DNA from: Octopus sinensis
Taxonomy: Eukaryota
Reading direction: 5' to 3'
DNA: 6,996 nt
Assembly: GCF_006345805.1 (NCBI RefSeq)
Contig: NW_021829132.1
Span: 1-6,996, forward strand
Shown: positions 5,566-6,996 of the stretch, piece by piece
Numbering within the stretch: position 1 is the first letter of the stretch
Layout of the letters: each line of letters begins with the position of its first letter
Program-made: the position numbers and the translations under genes
Notes under the pieces: generated by a model
Told to the model about the DNA's origin: nothing
Seen by the model: only the letters and a program-made list of their open reading frames with translations
Database searches by the model: none

Positions 5566-5705
5566 ATCCTCCCAAGATTAATTATGCCTTTAATCCTTTT
5601 GAGGTGGCAAAAATACAGTACCAGTCAAGTGTTGGGATCAATTTAAATCACATAATCCCCTTCCTCTAAAATTATTGGCCTTGTGCCATAATTTAAAACA
5701 TTATG

Positions 5706-5955
5706 TCATTTAACATCCATTTTCTATGCTGGAATGGTTGGGAAGGTTTGATAGGAATTGGCAAGGCCAAGAGCTATACCGGGTTCCATAGTCTGTTTGG
5801 CTTGGTTTCTACAGCTGGATGCTCTTCCTAATGCCAACCACTTTACAGAATGTGCAGGGTGCTTTTTTACGTGACACCAGCACCAGTGCATTTTACGACA
5901 CCAGCGCTTTTTACATGGCACCGGCCCCAATATCAATGCAGTTTTATGTGGCACC
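5706..5955 (-). mobile_element. 3' portion of retroposon family E (SINE or LINE tail, probably RTE-type)
   Basis: TCATTTAACATCCATTTTCTATGCTGG...TTCTACAGCTGGATGCTCTTCCTAATGCCAACC aligns with 6850-6936. The RTE-type assignment is from my recollection of (ATG)n-tailed elements and is unverified. Confidence 0.75.
5859..5955. repeat. Four degenerate ~18-20-bp units, GTGC(T)nACGTGGCACC-like
   Basis: GTGCTTTTTTACGTGACACC, GTGCATTTTACGACACC, GCGCTTTTTACATGGCACC, ATGCAGTTTTATGTGGCACC. Confidence 0.8.
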
Positions 5956-6162
5956 TTAATTTTAGGATGTCACTTGATTTTATCAGAACATAGATTAACA
6001 TAGAATTTTGATGGAAGGTTTTGAAGTTAGATTACTTTATAACTGGAAGTTTGTATCAGAGCCAAAGACAGTCATAGGTATCAAAAGTGTTTCACAACAA
6101 AGATAGAACCAAGATGAACCTAAAAATGAAGTATTATATCTATGTAACATTAGTTTGTCCCA

Positions 6163-6389
6163 GGGCGGCGAGTTGGCAGAATCGCTAGCACACCAGTGAA
6201 ATGGTGAAATGCTTAGTATTTCGTTCTGCGTTCAAATTCCACTGCAGTCAACTTTGCCTTTCATCCTTTCGGGGTCGATTAAATAAGTAGTAGTTACGCA
6301 CTGAACTCAATGTTATCGACTTAATCCCTTTGTCTGTCCTTGTTTGTCCCCTCTATGTTTAGCCCCCTGTGGATAATAAAGAAATAAAT
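6163..6389 (+). mobile_element. Full-length SINE family B with a diverged ~15-bp TSD
   Basis: Starts GGGCGGCGAGTTGGCAGAATCG. A-box-like 6174-6184, B box GTTCAAATTCC 6230-6240, A-rich tail AATAAAGAAATAAAT. TSD ATTAGTTTGTC-CCA (6149-6162) / ATTAGTCTGTCTCCA (6390-6404). Internal 8-bp duplication GTGAAATG x2 (6196-6211). Confidence 0.92.
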
Positions 6390-6390
6390 A

Positions 6391-6457
6391 TTAGTCTGTC
6401 TCCAGGTCAGCAGATGGAGCAAACCTATTATCAAAGACATTCCACCAATGACTATCA
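6391..6457 (-). mobile_element. Possible 3'-tail fragment of another retroposon (family D), host of the SINE B insertion
   Basis: Resembles, from memory, an octopus repeat ending CTGACCTGGGGCTAAACAACAAC. In-window support is only CTGACCTGGGA...AACAACAATAAC at 891-919 versus TCCAGGTCAG at 6401-6410. Confidence 0.4.
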
Positions 6458-6479
6458 CCTTGTGTGTATATGTGTGTGT

Positions 6480-6808
6480 TCTTTTACTTGTTTCAGTCAT
6501 CTGACTGTGGCCATGCTGGAGCAACCACCTCGAGGGGATTTAGTACTTATTTTATTGGCTTCTTTTGCTGAACTGCTAAGTTATGGGGATGTAAACATAC
6601 CAACACCAGTTGTCAAGTGGTGATGGGGACAAACACAGACACAAAGACATACACATACACACACATATACATGACAAGCTTCTTTTGGTTTCTGTCTACC
6701 AAATCCACTCAACAAGGCTTTGGTCGGCTTGAGGCTATAGTAGGAGACACTACATGAAGGTGGCATGCAGTGGGACTGAACCTCTTACCACATAGTCACT
6801 CCTGCTCC
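6480..6808 (-). mobile_element. Near full-length SINE family A with two internal deletions
   Basis: Read on the minus strand it links the 5' half (as 13-168), the microsatellite and the 3' half (as 246-433 and 593-716) into one element. It has a 27-bp deletion between the A and B boxes and another deletion near 6530-6541. Confidence 0.92.
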
Positions 6809-6821
6809 TAGTAATAAATAA

Positions 6822-6853
6822 ATATATATATATATATATATCATCATCATCAT
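6822..6853. repeat. (AT)10 followed by (CAT)4
   Basis: Read directly. The (CAT)4 is the (ATG)n tail of the adjacent family E copy. Confidence 0.95.
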
Positions 6854-6996
6854 TTTAGCACCCACTCTTCATGCTCGCATGAGCTAGATGAAATTTATCA
6901 AGGCAGATGTTCTACACCCAAATGTATGTTGCCAACCCTCACCCATTTCCAACCAAAGAAATTTTTTTTTTATTAAGATCAAGACATGTCTGAGCA
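6842..6996 (-). mobile_element. 3' end of retroposon family E with (ATG)n tail, probably truncated by the window edge
   Basis: CATCATCATCATTTTAGCACCCACTCTTCATGCTCGCATGAGCTAG...TTCTACACCCAAATG...TTGCCAACC aligns with 5706-5840. Confidence 0.7.

Larger units (their letters stand above)
4304..5700 (+). mobile_element. SINE family B split at its B box: pieces 4304-4369 and 5566-5700
   Basis: Rejoined CTGT-TTAA-ATCCTCCCAAGATTAATTATGCCTTTAATCCTTTTGAGG aligns with CTGCGTTCAAATTCCACTGCAGTCAACTTTGCCTTTCATCCTTTCGGGG (6226-6274). The 5' piece GCAGATTCATTAGCACATCGGACAAAATG matches the family B head. Confidence 0.8.
4138..6093 (-). mobile_element. MITE family P (copy P3), split into 4138-4242 and 5986-6093 by about 1.74 kb of insertions
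   Basis: The left half starts TTAACCCTTTTATTACC and ends TGTTTG (4237-4242). The right half starts GAACATAG (5986) and ends GGTATCAAAAGTGTTTC. The join TGTTTG|GAACATA is contiguous in P2 (reverse complement of 3971-3982, GTTTGGAACATA). The halves are collinear and non-overlapping. Confidence 0.75.

Noticed and set aside
4122-6766. ORFs 4122-4316, 4815-5084, 5268-5477, 5724-5954, 6321-6524, 6369-6623 and 6581-6766
   Set aside because: Each maps onto MITE, SINE or microsatellite sequence and has no protein motifs.
1-6996. A novel multi-gene or defence system
   Set aside because: No intact CDS, operon-like layout or spacer array. The structure is explained by nested TE insertions and local rearrangement.

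Overview
AT-rich eukaryotic non-coding DNA, roughly 70% assignable to transposable-element debris. It is most likely from an octopus (coleoid cephalopod). That assignment rests on my recollection of octopus SINE/MITE families, not on a database search. I find no host gene, rRNA, true tRNA or CRISPR array. The listed ORFs are either accidental readings of repeats or have no recognisable product. The only protein-coding signal is a dead mariner (D,D34D) transposase remnant on the minus strand (3748-3450), which the ORF track misses. Contents: tRNA-derived SINE families (labelled A, B, C here), (ATG)n-tailed retroposon 3' ends (E), two TTAA/piggyBac-type MITE families (P, Q), a hAT/Charlie-type MITE, a pogo/Tigger-type non-autonomous element and a mariner deletion derivative. 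Most interesting structures: a four-level nest at 4138-6093 that can be reconstructed from intact sister copies in the window; a mariner derivative apparently formed by deletion at a 9-bp microhomology and nested in a MITE; and a SINE broken by an inversion with a 73-bp inverted duplication (possible dsRNA). I do not see a previously undescribed biological system here.
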